Shown here piece by piece: positions 37,701 through 50,880 of a stretch of DNA of 64,000 nt (positions are counted from its first letter, which is position 1; each line of letters opens with the position of its first letter). Both the position numbers and the translations under genes were made by a program. Where the stretch lies: positions 22,716,742 to 22,780,741 of the forward strand of contig JAUZTB010000062.1 of assembly GCA_034780895.1 (NCBI GenBank). The letters run 5' to 3'. Below the pieces are notes generated by a model. It worked only from the letters and a program-made list of their open reading frames with translations, was not told where the DNA came from and searched no databases. Source of the stretch: Rhynchobatus australiae (Eukaryota).

Positions 37701-40199
37701 AGGCACCAGGAAGTGGAAGGGCAGCCATTTCAACTTATTCAGTCTTGACTGATTCACCAGTGGACCTGTCATATCTCCCTCCTCAGAGCTCTCAAGAGGC
37801 CATCCCTTCCTTTTATTCAAAGTGAACAGTGTCAGCAAATCTGAAATGGGTCAAACAACTAATCATAAGTGGAATTAATTGTGAGTTGTGACATTGCACA
37901 AACTGGCCTGTTTAAGTTGAAATAATTCTTTGAGGCCTGTTCTAGTAACACAGTTTACAAGAGGGGGTTCGCTTTGATTTAACATACAAACTTGAACCCC
38001 TCCTGTAGCAGAGATGCAGATAACACAGAAAATTAATGATACAGAAAAAGCTAGTAGTATGTGAGAAACAAACAGAAAGAAAGAAAAAAAAGAAATGATA
38101 ACAAATTAGAAGGCTTTCCTGATTTCTCTGGCCCCTAAAGATTTTGTCCATAAATAATGCCACCTGGGATCATTGAAGGTATGTTGTGCATCAACACAAA
38201 ATGATAAGAGTATTTCAGCAAATTTAAAAAGCTAATGTCTTTGTTACAGGATATAGTTTATCATCAACTTTTGCAGTATTATCTCAAGCAAGCATTTTAA
38301 AATCACCATAATGCCCATAGCTCATTGAACTTTGAAGGAAGTTTCCAGCTGATCCCAAGCAGCTGGCCATACAATCAGCAAGTGCTCTGCTCAGGGGTTG
38401 GTTAAGAATCACGCTTGGATTAAATTGCCAGTAACTGGCATAGGAACAGTTGTTACAGTAAACAACAGGAAGCTTCCTTCACACGTGGTCAGGCTGAGAG
38501 GGAGGTTGAAAATCATCTGATTAAGGAAACACTGAAGTGCTTATGAAAACTGAAGGTACTAGGAATCCTTGCTGGGGAAGTTCCTTTAATAGATGAATCT
38601 ATTATTATCAACTCCCTCTGGTGGTTGGATTACAAAAAAACAAAATAGTTTCACACAGAGAGCAACGCAGAGTGAAAACTGTTGAACTGGGAGACTTGCA
38701 TACACTGAAGAATACCATTACAATGCAGTTCAAAAAAGGATTTGTCACAGGATATCACACCTCAACAAACAACCTGCTTTTGCTACAGTGCTTCCTGCGG
38801 GTCGCAGTTAAATGCTAAATCCAATTGTGTGCAATTTAGTGAGGTGGGGATTCTGATAATTTAAAGTACAAGAAAGAAAAATTAAATGTTACATTTCATT
38901 ATGTTGGATGAGAAAGAAAGGACAGTTTCACTTAACCTGGAACCAAGAGTTTACAAACAGGTCTCTTCCTGTGTAGTAATTAATCTAAACTCAGTGGCCC
39001 ACTAACAAACAAAAACTTTTATCTAATGGTGACAAACCAGGAGAAGAATACAACTTAATCTTCAAATGCAATAATAATGTGAGTTTCACATAGACCAAAT
39101 GTTCCCCTCCTAACAGGCAGTACATTATTTAAATTATCGTCATCAGAGCCATGACTCAGCCCGTCTGTGGTTGTGAGATCTTATGTTTAGATGGTATTAA
39201 TATCTTTAAAACTCACTCTCATAGTTTATGATATAAAGACCACCCTCGGTGTCTTGATTGTTGATCTTGGACTTGGGATCAACTCATGCTATCAACTGGA
39301 AAAACAACACCAGAAATTATTCCTCCTGAACATCACGTTGGATTATTGCTATCTCTCTCCCCATCCAGAAAGTCCATTTTTAATAATGGAAGTTTCCATC
39401 TTTTTAAACTAATAATGATGATGACAACAAGATTTCTCCCCATCACCAAATTAAAGTTAATGTCTGTTAATGTGGTGCAACTCCATGCATCACTTAATTC
39501 AACTGAATTAAATTAGGCACTTAACTCTGGTTCCCACATGATATGGATTGTGTGTTTCAGTGCTGATAATAAAAGGGAATATGTACTGAGCACAGTGGCA
39601 GAAATATTGCTTGAGAGTACCATTCCATCATGGATGGTAATGAACTTCTTGAATGCAGTCACAGCTGGTCCAATCCAGAGGATTTAAGCATTCCACCAAA
39701 CCGAGTCTTGTAAATGATAAATCAGCTTTTTATGGTCAGGAGCCCAGCAATGTGTAAGAGAAGGCAACCACTAGCCTGCCATTTGTTTCCCACTCCTGCC
39801 TTTAGACCATGTTTACTATTTGACTTGGTTTTATGCCAAGAACCTCATTACAAGTAGAACTGCAATTCGCAGAGCCAATAAAATGTGCTTATTTTCAGTT
39901 TTTATTCAATGTTAGATCCAATGTAGAAAATCAAAGTGTGTCCTGAGGCAGCCCCAGCACAGAGAACCCCATGGTGTTTTCAAGTATTATTTCCTTCAGA
40001 GTGTTCCTTCCCCACCTCCAAATTTATAATCAATTGTTTTAATTGCGATCAGTTAAATGGCAGAGGGAGATTATTGTTCTTCATAAAATGTACGATAAAG
40101 TTAAAGCATAAAACTAGGGAGAGAAGAGAACAAGGACACCAGATAAAATAAAGAAAATGATTATAATTAAAAAGAGAGAGGGAGAATTACAGAAAATAA

Positions 40200-41830
40200 T
40201 ATGTTATCTAATTATTAGGCATGCTATTGGATTAGTTAGGGGTAATGGAGACAACCAAAGAAAGCCTACATGAACATAAAAAATGGGTGAAAAAAAATTG
40301 GGGCAATAAATAGAGGGCATGAAAATCATATTGACAGGTAAAAATTAAAGAAAGCCCAAAGGCATTTTGTAAACTCAAAGAATGACCCATTTGTGGAGAT
40401 GTGAGTATGTTTTGGAATAATTCCTTTGCATCTATCTTCCAAGTGGCAGGCGACACTTCTGAGAGAGTAGGTGTGGTNNNNNNNNNNNNNNNNNNNNNNN
40501 NNNNNNNNNNNNNNNNNNNNNNNNNNNNNNNNNNNNNNNNNNNNNNNNNCAGGCCCAGATTATATGTATCCCAGGGTGATGAGAGAAGAGAGGAAATAAT
40601 AGTTTCTGACCATCACTTTACAATATTTGTAGGTTGTGAACATGGCAGCAGGGGCCAGTTTAAAAGGGGAGAAAGGGATAGATCAAGTAATTCCATAAAG
40701 CTAACCTCAGTTGCAGTTTGTTACTAGAGAAAAAATGTAACAGTAATGATAGTAATTTGGAAGATCATGATCATTTCAGAACATCCAACATGGATATTAA
40801 AGGGAAAGTGTGACTAAATTTCACAAGGCAACAAGCAGAGTTATTGAAAGATGCTTTACATGGATTTCAGCATAGATTTTAACAATGACAGACTGGCTAT
40901 GGGATCTGAGGGAAAATGGCAAATTGGGTCCCACACCGGCTTGGTTGCTGAGGCAAAGGATTTGCTCAATGGGAGATGCAAGGCTGCTCCAGCAATAGCT
41001 CTCAAGGCATAGTACAGGGTCTCTTGCTCTTTCAATGAAACTTAAATGTGAGATATTATAGAAATTTGCCATGCAGTTGATAATAAGGAAGGAGCTGTAA
41101 ATAAAGGCATCAATGGACTGATTGGGTGAGAAGAAAATTAAATCAACAAAATTTAATCCAGAAAAGTGCAAACTAATACCCTTACCTTGTGTTTCTTTCA
41201 CAAATGTATGCATAAATCAGTGGTAGGATTCTAAGTGGAGGAAATTTGGACTGCATGTCCACAGATCCCCTATGATATCAGGACAGAATGGTTAAGGTGG
41301 TATACAGGATACTGAAAATCATAAAATTTTGGATGCTAGAAAAGTTAAACAACAGAAAATGCTGGAAACACCCAGGTCAGGCAGAAAGAGAAACAGAATT
41401 AACATTCAGGTCAGATAACCTTTATCAGAACAAATTAGTATATGCCAAATGGGATACTACCTTTATTAGCAGAACACAAGAATACAAGAACAGGGAGGTT
41501 ATGCTAGGTGTATAAGACACAAGTTCGGCCATAGCTGGATTACCTTGCTATTAAATGAAATATCCCATATGCTAATTTGCTCTGATTAAGGTTCTACAAC
41601 CTGAAATTTTAACTCTCTCTTTCTACAGATGCTGCCTGGCCAGTTGTGTTTCTAGCATTTTCTCTTACTTAATATTTCCAGCATCTGCAGGAAGAATGCA
41701 ATTGCATTAGACGGCGTATAGAATGTTGGCAGGTCTGGAGAATTTTAGCCATGAAGGGAGACTGACAAGTTGAGGTTTTCTCTCTCTGGAATAAAAGGAG
41801 GCTGGAAACAGGATGAACAAATTCTTAAAT
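40200..41830 (+). mobile_element. Old CR1 LINE ORF2, heavily decayed, with nested insertions
   Basis: Collinear remnants: AAAGAAAGCCCAAAGGCATTTT, CAGGCCCAGAT, ATGGATTTCAGC, AAATTTAATCCAGAAAAGTG, GAATACAAGAACAGGGAGGTTATGCTAG. Confidence 0.65.
41314..41689. repeat. Inverted pair of ~110-bp 'CAGATGCTGCCTG...TTTCCAGCATCTGCAG' repeats (Penelope-like terminal repeat)
   Basis: 41314-41431 (minus) and 41583-41689 (plus) are imperfect reverse complements. Family assignment is from recall. Confidence 0.6.
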
Positions 41831-42569
41831 GATATGGAATTTGATAAAAGGGAGGGGAAAAGCCCTGATTTTGTGGTAGTTTGTCATTACTGTCAGCATT
41901 CATTGATATGACACCAAGAAAGTGACAGCAACTTCTGAAACTGCCACGCTGCCATAGTTTAAAGCAGAAATCACAACACTGGAGTCAGTGATTCAGTTGT
42001 TTTGCAACCTTCTCCTCTGCAATCGAGGTTAACCAGTTGAACTGACAAACATTTCAGGAATTTACAAATTCATTATAAAATACACTGAAAATCTTATGCT
42101 TTGCTTTGAGAACTGATATTTCTTGAAGTGGTACTTTAAGTCATTAAAAAGTGCTTAGTTCACCCTCTGGCTGTAAAACTTAAGTGGAATTTTCAATCTT
42201 GTAACATAAATATTTTGTTAAAAATAGATTTTGAAATAATGAGGTCTTTTGATTTGTTGAAATTTTATGTCATATCAGCCTCTACCCAAGAACCTGTGCA
42301 TATTCCTGTATATATTTTGGATTCTGTAAATGATTAAAAATTGTGCTTTTTCTTTCCTGATCTGGCATCATGAGAATTTACCAATGATTGTCTGCTGAGC
42401 CAGCTTATTTCACAACTGCTGGAAGCAATGAATCTACTTGAACACACATCTGGAAGCACCTAGTATCAGAATAGAGAAACCCACATTTCCCTCAATCTTT
42501 CAGGGTAGCTTTTCATAGAGGGTCATTGGTGACTATAAAATCATGATGTGCAGACGTGAGATCCCATTC

Positions 42570-42822
42570 ACATGGTTCTTCAGCTTGGCAAAAAAAGTAG
42601 AGCTGCTGCCTCATAGCTTCTGCAAACTGGGTTCAACCTTGACCTCCTGTGCTGTTCCTATTATGGTAGAATCTGTGTGTGTTTGGGGGAGGGGTGGGCC
42701 GAGTTGGTGGGAATGTGGGGACACTGAAATAGGATCAGTGGTGGATTAGTGTAAATGGGCGCTTGATGCTGGGTGCTGACTCAACAGGCCAAGGAACATT
42801 TATATACTGTACAACTCTATAA
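42570..42822 (+). mobile_element. V-SINE-type SINE, internally deleted, CR1 tail
   Basis: AGAGCTGCTGCCTCATAGC...GGGTTCAACCTTGACCTCCTGTGCTG...TGTACAACTCTATAACT. Confidence 0.65.
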
Positions 42823-42829
42823 CTGAGGG

Positions 42830-42935
42830 TTAATTAGGTTTCTCTTTCCACAGATGTTGCCTGACCTGGTGAGTGTTTTCAGCAGTTTCTATTTTTACTT
42901 CAGATTTCCAGCATCTACAGTCTTTTGATTTTCAA
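42830..42935 (+). repeat. Penelope-like terminal repeat copy
   Basis: TCTCTTTCCACAGATGTTGCCTGACCTGGTGAGTGTTTTCAGCAGTTTCTATTTTTACTTCAGATTTCCAGCATCTACAG. Confidence 0.7.
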
Positions 42936-44769
42936 TTAATACCCATTATAGTGTTCACCAACATGGTTAAAATAATTTGCTTCATTTAAAAATAAGATGG
43001 GTTCTGTATCTTAGACTAAGTAAATGCTATGCAGCTGCAGTAGTTTAACTGTGTGATCACCCTACCAAAAACAAAATCACTACCTGCAGGAGTAGGAACA
43101 GGACTTCCCTGAAGTAGTCAAAAAGAATGAGATCTGTGCAGCACAGCTGGATACGTTAAAGTTCTGAAAGAATTACCTTATGAATCAATGCATGAAACTC
43201 ATTAAAAACTCCATTAAAGTACTAAGTGCATGCTTCTGATTAAATAATTTCCAAAGATACATATCTTTGTAGCTTACTTCAAGAGAAAGGTGATTTTATT
43301 TTTCTTAGACGATGGCTTCAGGTGAACTTTAAAATGATTTTAACACTTTTGAAAGCAATATGTTAGAAAAACTGCAAGTGTTTGAAATTTGAAATAAATG
43401 CAGAAAATGGCAGAATGAGACTATGATGGAAAATGGTTCCAAGATCACCTGCTCACTTCCAAAATAAACATCTCCTTAAAACTTGGAAAATGGCTGAGAA
43501 AGCAAGAGAAAGAGCTGGCCTCATACCAACATATGGAGCAGGCAGGTTGTTACTTCTGTATAGTGCCACCACTGACCAACATTAACCTTTTCTCGTTTGG
43601 AGCTTTGTGAAGAATAGCTTAATTGTAACATCAAAGCATCTCCCTTTTTGCATTAGAAACGAAACCACCCACATGCCTCTTGCAGTCACATTTTCTGTAA
43701 GGTAGAATTCTAAACATTCAATAAATTGTTCAAAAGCTTGCACTTGATCTGGGCCTATCTGACTCTCATGTTAACAGAGCTGGCTCTCTGGCACTGGATT
43801 AGAAATCATGGAACCTTTGCCTATGTTCCAGATGCAAACATTCAATATACTGACACATTCTAAGGAAGAAATAGCCAAAAATCTAATTTTCATTCCTCTT
43901 TTGGACCTGTGTAAATGATTGTGTTACAAGGCTGCCAATCAAAACAATTGTCTTAACTAAATGATAACCTCCTTCCACCTTGAGGGTGTATTAGCCTCTT
44001 AAACAAAGATACCCCTTCCGCCACTACACCCAACCAGACACAGCACCGTCCCACATGCTCCTCTATGCTGAATAAATGGAATTCATTCCATCTTTACTCA
44101 AATAGAGTGTGCCAATTATCCTGAAAGATCTGTGTGGGAGGAAGGAAAAATCTAGGACACAGATAATTTGCCCTAAAATGACATTCCAAATATCTAGTGG
44201 GTTTCTGGGAGTTAACTCTGATTGAATACAAATTCTTAGCAACACCATAAGAGAAATGATTTCCAAGACTCTTTATAAACCAAATAGATTTTTTAAAAAG
44301 CCTTGAAATTCAAAATGGCTGCTGGATTTTAAAAGCAGGCTCCACACTTGTGGATCTCAAGACTCCATCACACTTGATACCTAACCCTGTCACATGACAG
44401 GGCCAGCAGCTCTTCACAAACAGTAGTGCCTTTGGGCCAGAACTACTACACATTAGAATAAACCTGCATGTGTAAATTACACAGAGATTATTTTACACAA
44501 TTTGAAGTGTTTGCATGCTTTCGTGTTAAAGCCACACCCATCAGGAAATCAATTATCGTCATAATTCACCCCAGCACTTTTCCCTGTCACATTTCACACA
44601 TGATGACATAATCAATTGCATGATACACAATTCTCACTCACTAATAGAAAACAAGTCAAAGCATTTCTGACCTTCAATACATTAATCTTCATTTAAACAA
44701 GGAACAAGTCACACAGCAAATCAGGAATTACACATGAAAGGGAGATAGCAATATTATTTTTATATATAT

Positions 44770-45130
44770 TCAATCAAGGGATGGGCTTCACAGGTTTAGC
44801 CAGCAATTAGTTGCCCATCCCTAGTTGCCCCCGAGAAGGTGGTGATGAGTTACCTTCTTGAAGTACTACAGTCCTTGAGAGGAGGGTATTACCCACAATG
44901 CTGTAGGGAGAGAGTTCCAGGATTTTGACCCAGCGACAGTAAAGGACAGCGATACATTTCCAAATCAGGGCTGTGCGCGTCTTGGTGGCAGTGTTCCCAT
45001 GCTTTTGCTGCCCTTGTCCTTCTAACTGATTGATGTCACGTGTTGGAAGTTGAGGTCTAAGGAGTCTTGGTGAAACATTGATGCAATAGAAGCTGTGATC
45101 TGTGGCTCTAATGATCACTGTGGTGGTGCT
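44770..45130 (-). mobile_element. LINE 3' UTR (same family as 53005-53860)
   Basis: GCCAGCAATTAGTTGCCCATCCCTAGTTGCCCCCGAGAAGGTGGTGATGAGTTACCTTCTTGAA...GAGTTCCAGGATTTTGACCCAGCGACAG. Confidence 0.8.
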
Positions 45131-48100
45131 GATCCTGATTGAGTACTCCAGCGTGAATGGTGCCCCAAAAGAACTATACTGTGCAACTGCTTCCTATAGC
45201 TTCTGTTTCTCTCGTCTCCAAAGCAGCGTGTGTAGCTGCTGTAGAGCGTTCACTTTAAAACCCTGATCTGTTCTTGAGTAGCTATGAGTGAATGGGATAG
45301 CAGCACAAAGCTAGTGTATAGTGTTAAATTTTCACCTACATACTCTAGAAAAATATACTGAATACTCAGCACAAGCGAACACCACACACAAGGACTATTG
45401 GTGGATTAAGAACATATACTTTCAAGTTTTCAAAGGACCAGACTTCTGGTTCATGCATTAAAGAAGCTTCAGCCACTTAGGATTTGAAATCAAACCCAGG
45501 GAACACATTATCATGAACTAGGTAAAGACTTACCATGTCTGGACAACTAAAGTTCAACTGGCAACCAATATATCATGAGTAGTGGCTCCAACCACACAAG
45601 TGTTCAAGTAACCTAGTCCCATTGTGTAACACTCTTATAGAAAAGCAAACATGCACACAGACTTGGATAACTGAAATACATGGAAAGGTGAGGCATATTG
45701 GCAAATGTAATACTCCCAGCGGTCTAGACATTAAAGGGAGGTAATTAAGAGGTACCAACCCACAGCAAAGTTGATCATAGCTGAATATAATCAAAACAAA
45801 AAAAAAGGCAACTCTTCTCCTCATAGAATCAACTTAGAATTTCAAACAGGACCCACATCAAGATAACCACTGATTCAAAACTCCTGAAACAAAGCAACTT
45901 GACTTCAGAGCTGAGGAAGCAAATGGCCACAATCAAAACCTTCCTGCAGCATCTGGTAGTGGAATACCTCACTAAATTTGATGCCTGATGAGGGAATAGG
46001 AAAAGGTAGTAAAAACTGTAAACTCAAGAGTTCCTGCTGCATGTACTTTGCTCTCTGATTGCAATCTCAGTCAATTGTTTGCAGTTCTCCAACGTGTTTT
46101 TAATTACAATGCTATTGTACAAAGCTGACAAGGCATATTATTCCATCACAAAAAGTCTATAAAATGTTTGAGGGGGAAAAAAAAGGAAACAGAAGCTGGG
46201 ACTCAGGATAGGACCTCGGAGTCCCACTTGTACCAGGACCTGAGGGTAAACTGTAGGATTAGCTCAGTCTGTGTTCACTAGTAGCTAACTGGAGAATGCT
46301 CCAAACCTGCTGCCAGGATTTGAAAACCCAAATGTGACGTCATTGAAATGACTGTATTCTGCTTTATCTGACCTCCAATAACCGTTTAGAACTGCACTGG
46401 AATCCCAGACCTGGTTCCCTCAACGTAAAGAGGGCTCCAGTTACTGCTGACGTTGCATGAAATAATATAGCGAAGGAGGCCATCGTCCCTCTACTGGCTC
46501 TTTGCTCCAGCTGTCCAACTAGTTCCAAGCTCTTGTTTCTCCCCCATAGCCCTGCAAGCTTTTCTTTTGAGACTCGCTCACATTCTCCTCACACTCAATT
46601 TGTAAGACACAACTTTCTGCACTCTAAATCAGCTCCATGTTGTGTACCTCTTACTATGGACGGTGTGTGGGGCTGATGCCAATTTGGGGAAATGGAGAAA
46701 CCCAAAACTAGGCTTTCAGGCAAAAATAATCAGATATGTTATCAATTTGCTTCATGCATGGGAGCCCAGAACCTCAATTATGAAACAACCAATGGTTTTA
46801 ATTTGATACATCCCCAACTCACTGGCAATCTGAACAACTGTGGCACATTCAGATGGGGGAAATAGTAGATGAAATAATAGTAGTATAACTTGTCTAACTC
46901 TTAGGCAGATGATAAAAGAGACCTTGTGTTTTGATTGTAATTGCCATAAGCAGTGGACTGAAGAAGCTTCACCACATACATTGATACTGATAAATTCAGC
47001 AGAGGTTCTGTGCCAAAAGGTGTGGTTATGCACACCCAGTACTGCAGTTTCCTGAAGTACAAAACTATTTCTGAGTTTTTGCTTTGTTGAGAACAAATCC
47101 TCTCCCAGGGGACTGAAAATGAATTGTGGTCATAAGAAAAAAAAAGTTACATTTTATTTCTTCCTTCCCCTTCAGTAAAACAACCGAGAAGGAGTCTGTC
47201 AGTAATTATTCTGAAATTCATCAAAAAATAGTCTCAAAAGTTGCTGTGACCAGTCAACTGTTATTTTGAAGCATAGATACAGTTAGGATTTAAACATTCC
47301 TCATGTGAAACATCTGCTGTCCAAATATAAGAAAAGCAGTACAGGCTGCACTTCCCCTCAGGGATGCAGGGAATAAATCGAAAACGAGTCAAACCAAACT
47401 GCTCATTTCTTTCCTAAAGGTCAGCTGCAGAAGAATATTAGTAGAGGCTCAGGAGCAGGCTCCTTATTGAATATCTTGGTTCAAGGGGTAATGGGGAAAA
47501 GAGACAGCAAAGGAGCGGCAGTAGGCCATTCTGTCCTTCGAGCTTGTCTCACCATTCAAATATCACAACACATCTCTGCCTTAACTCCATTCACCTGCTT
47601 TGGCTTTTATTTTTATATCCTAACTGAGTTAACATTTACATGACTGCGCTAATCTACTAGTTTAGCTGCAAAACAGCTTTTAAAAAAAAAGTTGAGCCCA
47701 ACACCTTGACGAGCAAATGAAAAGCAAAAAGTCAATGACATTTAATATGGAAGCTAATCAATTCTGAAATGTTAATTCTCTTACTCTCTGCAAAAGTGCT
47801 GCTTGACTTGCTGAGAATCTGCAGCATTTGCTGCTTTTATTTCAAACAGCAACTTAAGAATATAAAAAGGTAGGAGCCCAGGTTGGCCATTTGGCCCCTT
47901 AAGCCTGCTCTCCCAAAGATAATGACTGATCAGAACTTGGCCTCGTCTCCATTTTCCTCTTTTTTTCCTTAACTGTTGACTTCACTAAATGTTACTTTCT
48001 CGGCCTTGAAAATCTTCAATGATGCAGCTTCTATTGCTTTCTGGGTGCAGAATTGCAACATTGATCTGCAGCACTGAGGTAGAACTACCCCCTCTTCCCT

Positions 48101-48524
48101 TCCTTAAATGGCTAAGGCTTTATCTGAAACTCTGGCCTCCACCCCATTCCAGATTCCCTCACAAGCTCAATAAGTACCTCTCTCATTCTTCTGAGTGTTG
48201 GGCCAACCCACTCAGCCTTTCTTCATGCAATAACTCCTTCCCAGGAATCAACCCAATGAACCTTCTCTGAACTCTGAAGTAGTTCCCTGCTTAAATAAGA
48301 AAACTACAACTACATGCAAGTATTTTTGGTCATGTGTTTTGACATATAAAACAACATGATAGCTGTTTAAACAAACTGTTGACTTTGCGAAGTTGTGTGA
48401 GAACTTTTGTGCGTAACAGATTTACTAGATGTTGAAAGCAGAGTTTAATGCCAAAATGTTAGGGACTGACCTTTAGTATTAGTTGATGAAACACGGAATA
48501 AAACAACTGAAATAAAGTTTGAGG

Positions 48525-48740
48525 AAACAAGCTGGAGATGCTGGAAATCTGAAATAAAAACAGGAAATGCTGGAAATACTTGACAAGTCAGGCAACATTT
48601 GTAGAGAGTGAAACAGAGTTAATGTTTTTAAGATTGATGAACGAGGTGCTTTTTGATTCACATTAACTCAGTTTATCTCTCTCCACATGTGCTACCTGTT
48701 CTGCTGGGTATTTGCAGTATTCTCTTGTATTTCAAATGGC
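48525..48740. repeat. Head-to-head inverted pair of Penelope-like terminal repeats (about 95-bp arms)
   Basis: GATGCTGGAAATCTGAAATAAAAACAGGAAATGCTGGAAATACT...GAAACAGAGTTAATG, a short spacer, then CATTAACTCAGTTTATCTCTCTCCACATGTGCTACCTG...GGTATTTGCAGTATTCTCTTGTATTTCAAAT. Confidence 0.75.
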
Positions 48741-50249
48741 CAGAGAATCCTGCTCTGATCTGCATCTCAGTTCTGGCATTGTTTTTTTCTCCCCACTGCC
48801 CTTGCTCATCTTCTTTCATTTGTACTTCTAAGATCGATAAGCATTCTCCATCCTCTCTTGGGTGACACCAACAGCACCTTTGTCACCGGGACCATCTTGG
48901 TCACTGCACTATCACAGTCAGTCCCTTTGTTTTTTCCACCCTTTCCCTAACCTGCAACTCAAAACATATGTTTTCTCTTTTTCCCCAGTTCTATTGAATG
49001 GCCACCTTTTGTTTTTACACATGAAGAGTGAATTGACAGAAATAATTTTTAATATTTTAGAANNNNNNNNNNNNNNNNNNNNNNNNNNNNNNNNNNNNNN
49101 NNNNNNNNNNNNNNNNNNNNNNNNNNNNNNNNNNNNNNNNNNNNNNNNNNNNNNNNNNNNNNCTAATAGTCCTAGTCTGTAACAGTGATGAAGATGCAGA
49201 GGAAAATGCAGCATTGTGAACTGATTATAGATGCGCTTTTCTTGCCAAAATACTTCTTTTATTACCGTGTCACTTTCTTTTGGGCTGTGCTTTGTTACAA
49301 TTCAGTTTTGGTGTTTTAATATATTACAATTGGATTTATGGGTATAGTGTCTAAGTCTGAAATATATTTAACTGATAGTATAGAAGGAAAGGTCAAATGT
49401 TAAATAGATAGAGGGAAAACAAGAATAAATTCTTTGAGAATTTAGAACTACCTAAACTCATATACAAAAACCAAGTTTGATTACAAACATTACTTTATAT
49501 TTGCTCAGAGTCTGTTTTTATTTCAGATCTTCAGCATCTGCTGTTTTTTTTGCTTTCTGATTACATGATACTTCTGCAGATTTGTTCCATTCTGCCTTAT
49601 AGTGGTGACGTCAAAGTTGGTTAAAGATTCTTGAGCAAATCCCTGACACTGAAAATTTCCAGTGCACAACTTGAAGCAAAAATCACGACCCAACTGTTTC
49701 TGTTCCAATGCTGTAAACAGATCAACCAACTTCTCTTGAAAAAGCGTGTAAGGTCCCAAATGAAATTCTTTCGATATCTCTGGTATTCCTTTACTTCAGT
49801 AACTTGAATATTAAAAATTCAATTTGATTGAATTTCAAGATACCCTGGCTCTTAGTCTCAAGAGTTGGATTGATGCATAATTGATTTCAGTGCAAGTGGA
49901 TCTACTCCCCAGTATGTTCTCTCCATTACAATAGTGACTATCTGCTAACGTCCATCGTTGGTGATACAGTTCTTTGGGACATCTTGAAAGACACCAGAAA
50001 GATTTGGGATCTTTCTTTTATAACAGTTGAAAGCACAACACCCTAAAGGACAAAACATACATCTACTATAAATAATTCTATGATTTATTCGCCACATCTC
50101 AACAAGGTGAATTATCTACAGGCACTACCAGTTACTCTCAGTTACAAGTTACAGGTACTCTAAGTATCCTTTGTGTGTCAGCCCATGCATCACATTTCAC
50201 CAGACTATTTAACCCAGTGCTAAGTGTACAATTTCCATGGTTATCCCAG

Positions 50250-50610
50250 CTATTGTGGTGCAGCAGATAATGGCTCACAGATCCAAAGTCCAGGTCAAAT
50301 CCTGACTCCTGGTGCTGTCTATGCAAAGTTTGTATATTCTCTCCATACCTACATCATTTCCTTTGGGTGCTCTGGTTTTATCCCACATCCCAAAGATATG
50401 CTCATAGGTTACCTGGCTACTATATGTTACCCCTTAGTACAGGTTAATGGCAAATAAATTCAAAAGGGAACTGATGAGCATATGTTAGAAAGAATAAGTT
50501 GCAAGGCTACAGGGAAACAAGGAAGGGGGAGTGAAACTGACAGGATTGCTTCCCCGAGAGCTGGCAATAGACACAATGGGCTCATTAGCTTCCTTCTGTG
50601 TCATTATAGG
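50250..50610 (+). mobile_element. Old V-SINE
   Basis: ...GGTCAAATCCTGACTCCTGGTGCTGTCTATGCAAAGTTTGTATATTCTCTCC...GGGTGCTCTGGTTTTATCCCACATCCCAAAGA, with a CR1-like tail. Confidence 0.7.
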
Positions 50611-50645
50611 ATCAGTTTGGCTTAACAAGTCTATGTCCCCAACTG

Positions 50646-50880
50646 ATAAGATGTCTTTATTAGTCACATGTACATTGAAATACACAGTGAAATGCACCTT
50701 TTGCGTAGAGTATTCTGGATGCAGCCCACAAGTGTCACCACGATTCCGGTGCCAACATAGCATGCCCACAACTTTTGAAGCCATATGTCTTTGGAACGTG
50801 GGAGGAAACCGGAGTACCCAGAGGAAACCCACGCAGACACTGGGAGAACACACAAACTCCTTACCGACAGCGGCCGGAGT
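50646..50880 (-). mobile_element. Young V-SINE (head truncated) with ...TACATGTGACTAATAAA tail
   Basis: Reverse complement: CCGGCCGCTGTCGGTAAGGAGTTTGTGTGTTCTCCCAGTGTCTGCGTGGGTTTCCTCTGGGTACTCCGGTTTCCTCCCAC...TTTCACTGTGTATTTCAATGTACATGTGACTAATAAAG. Confidence 0.9.

Noticed and set aside
46335-46342. Full CRE palindrome TGACGTCA (also at 49606-49613)
   Set aside because: Isolated 8-mers are expected by chance in 64 kb and have no supporting context.
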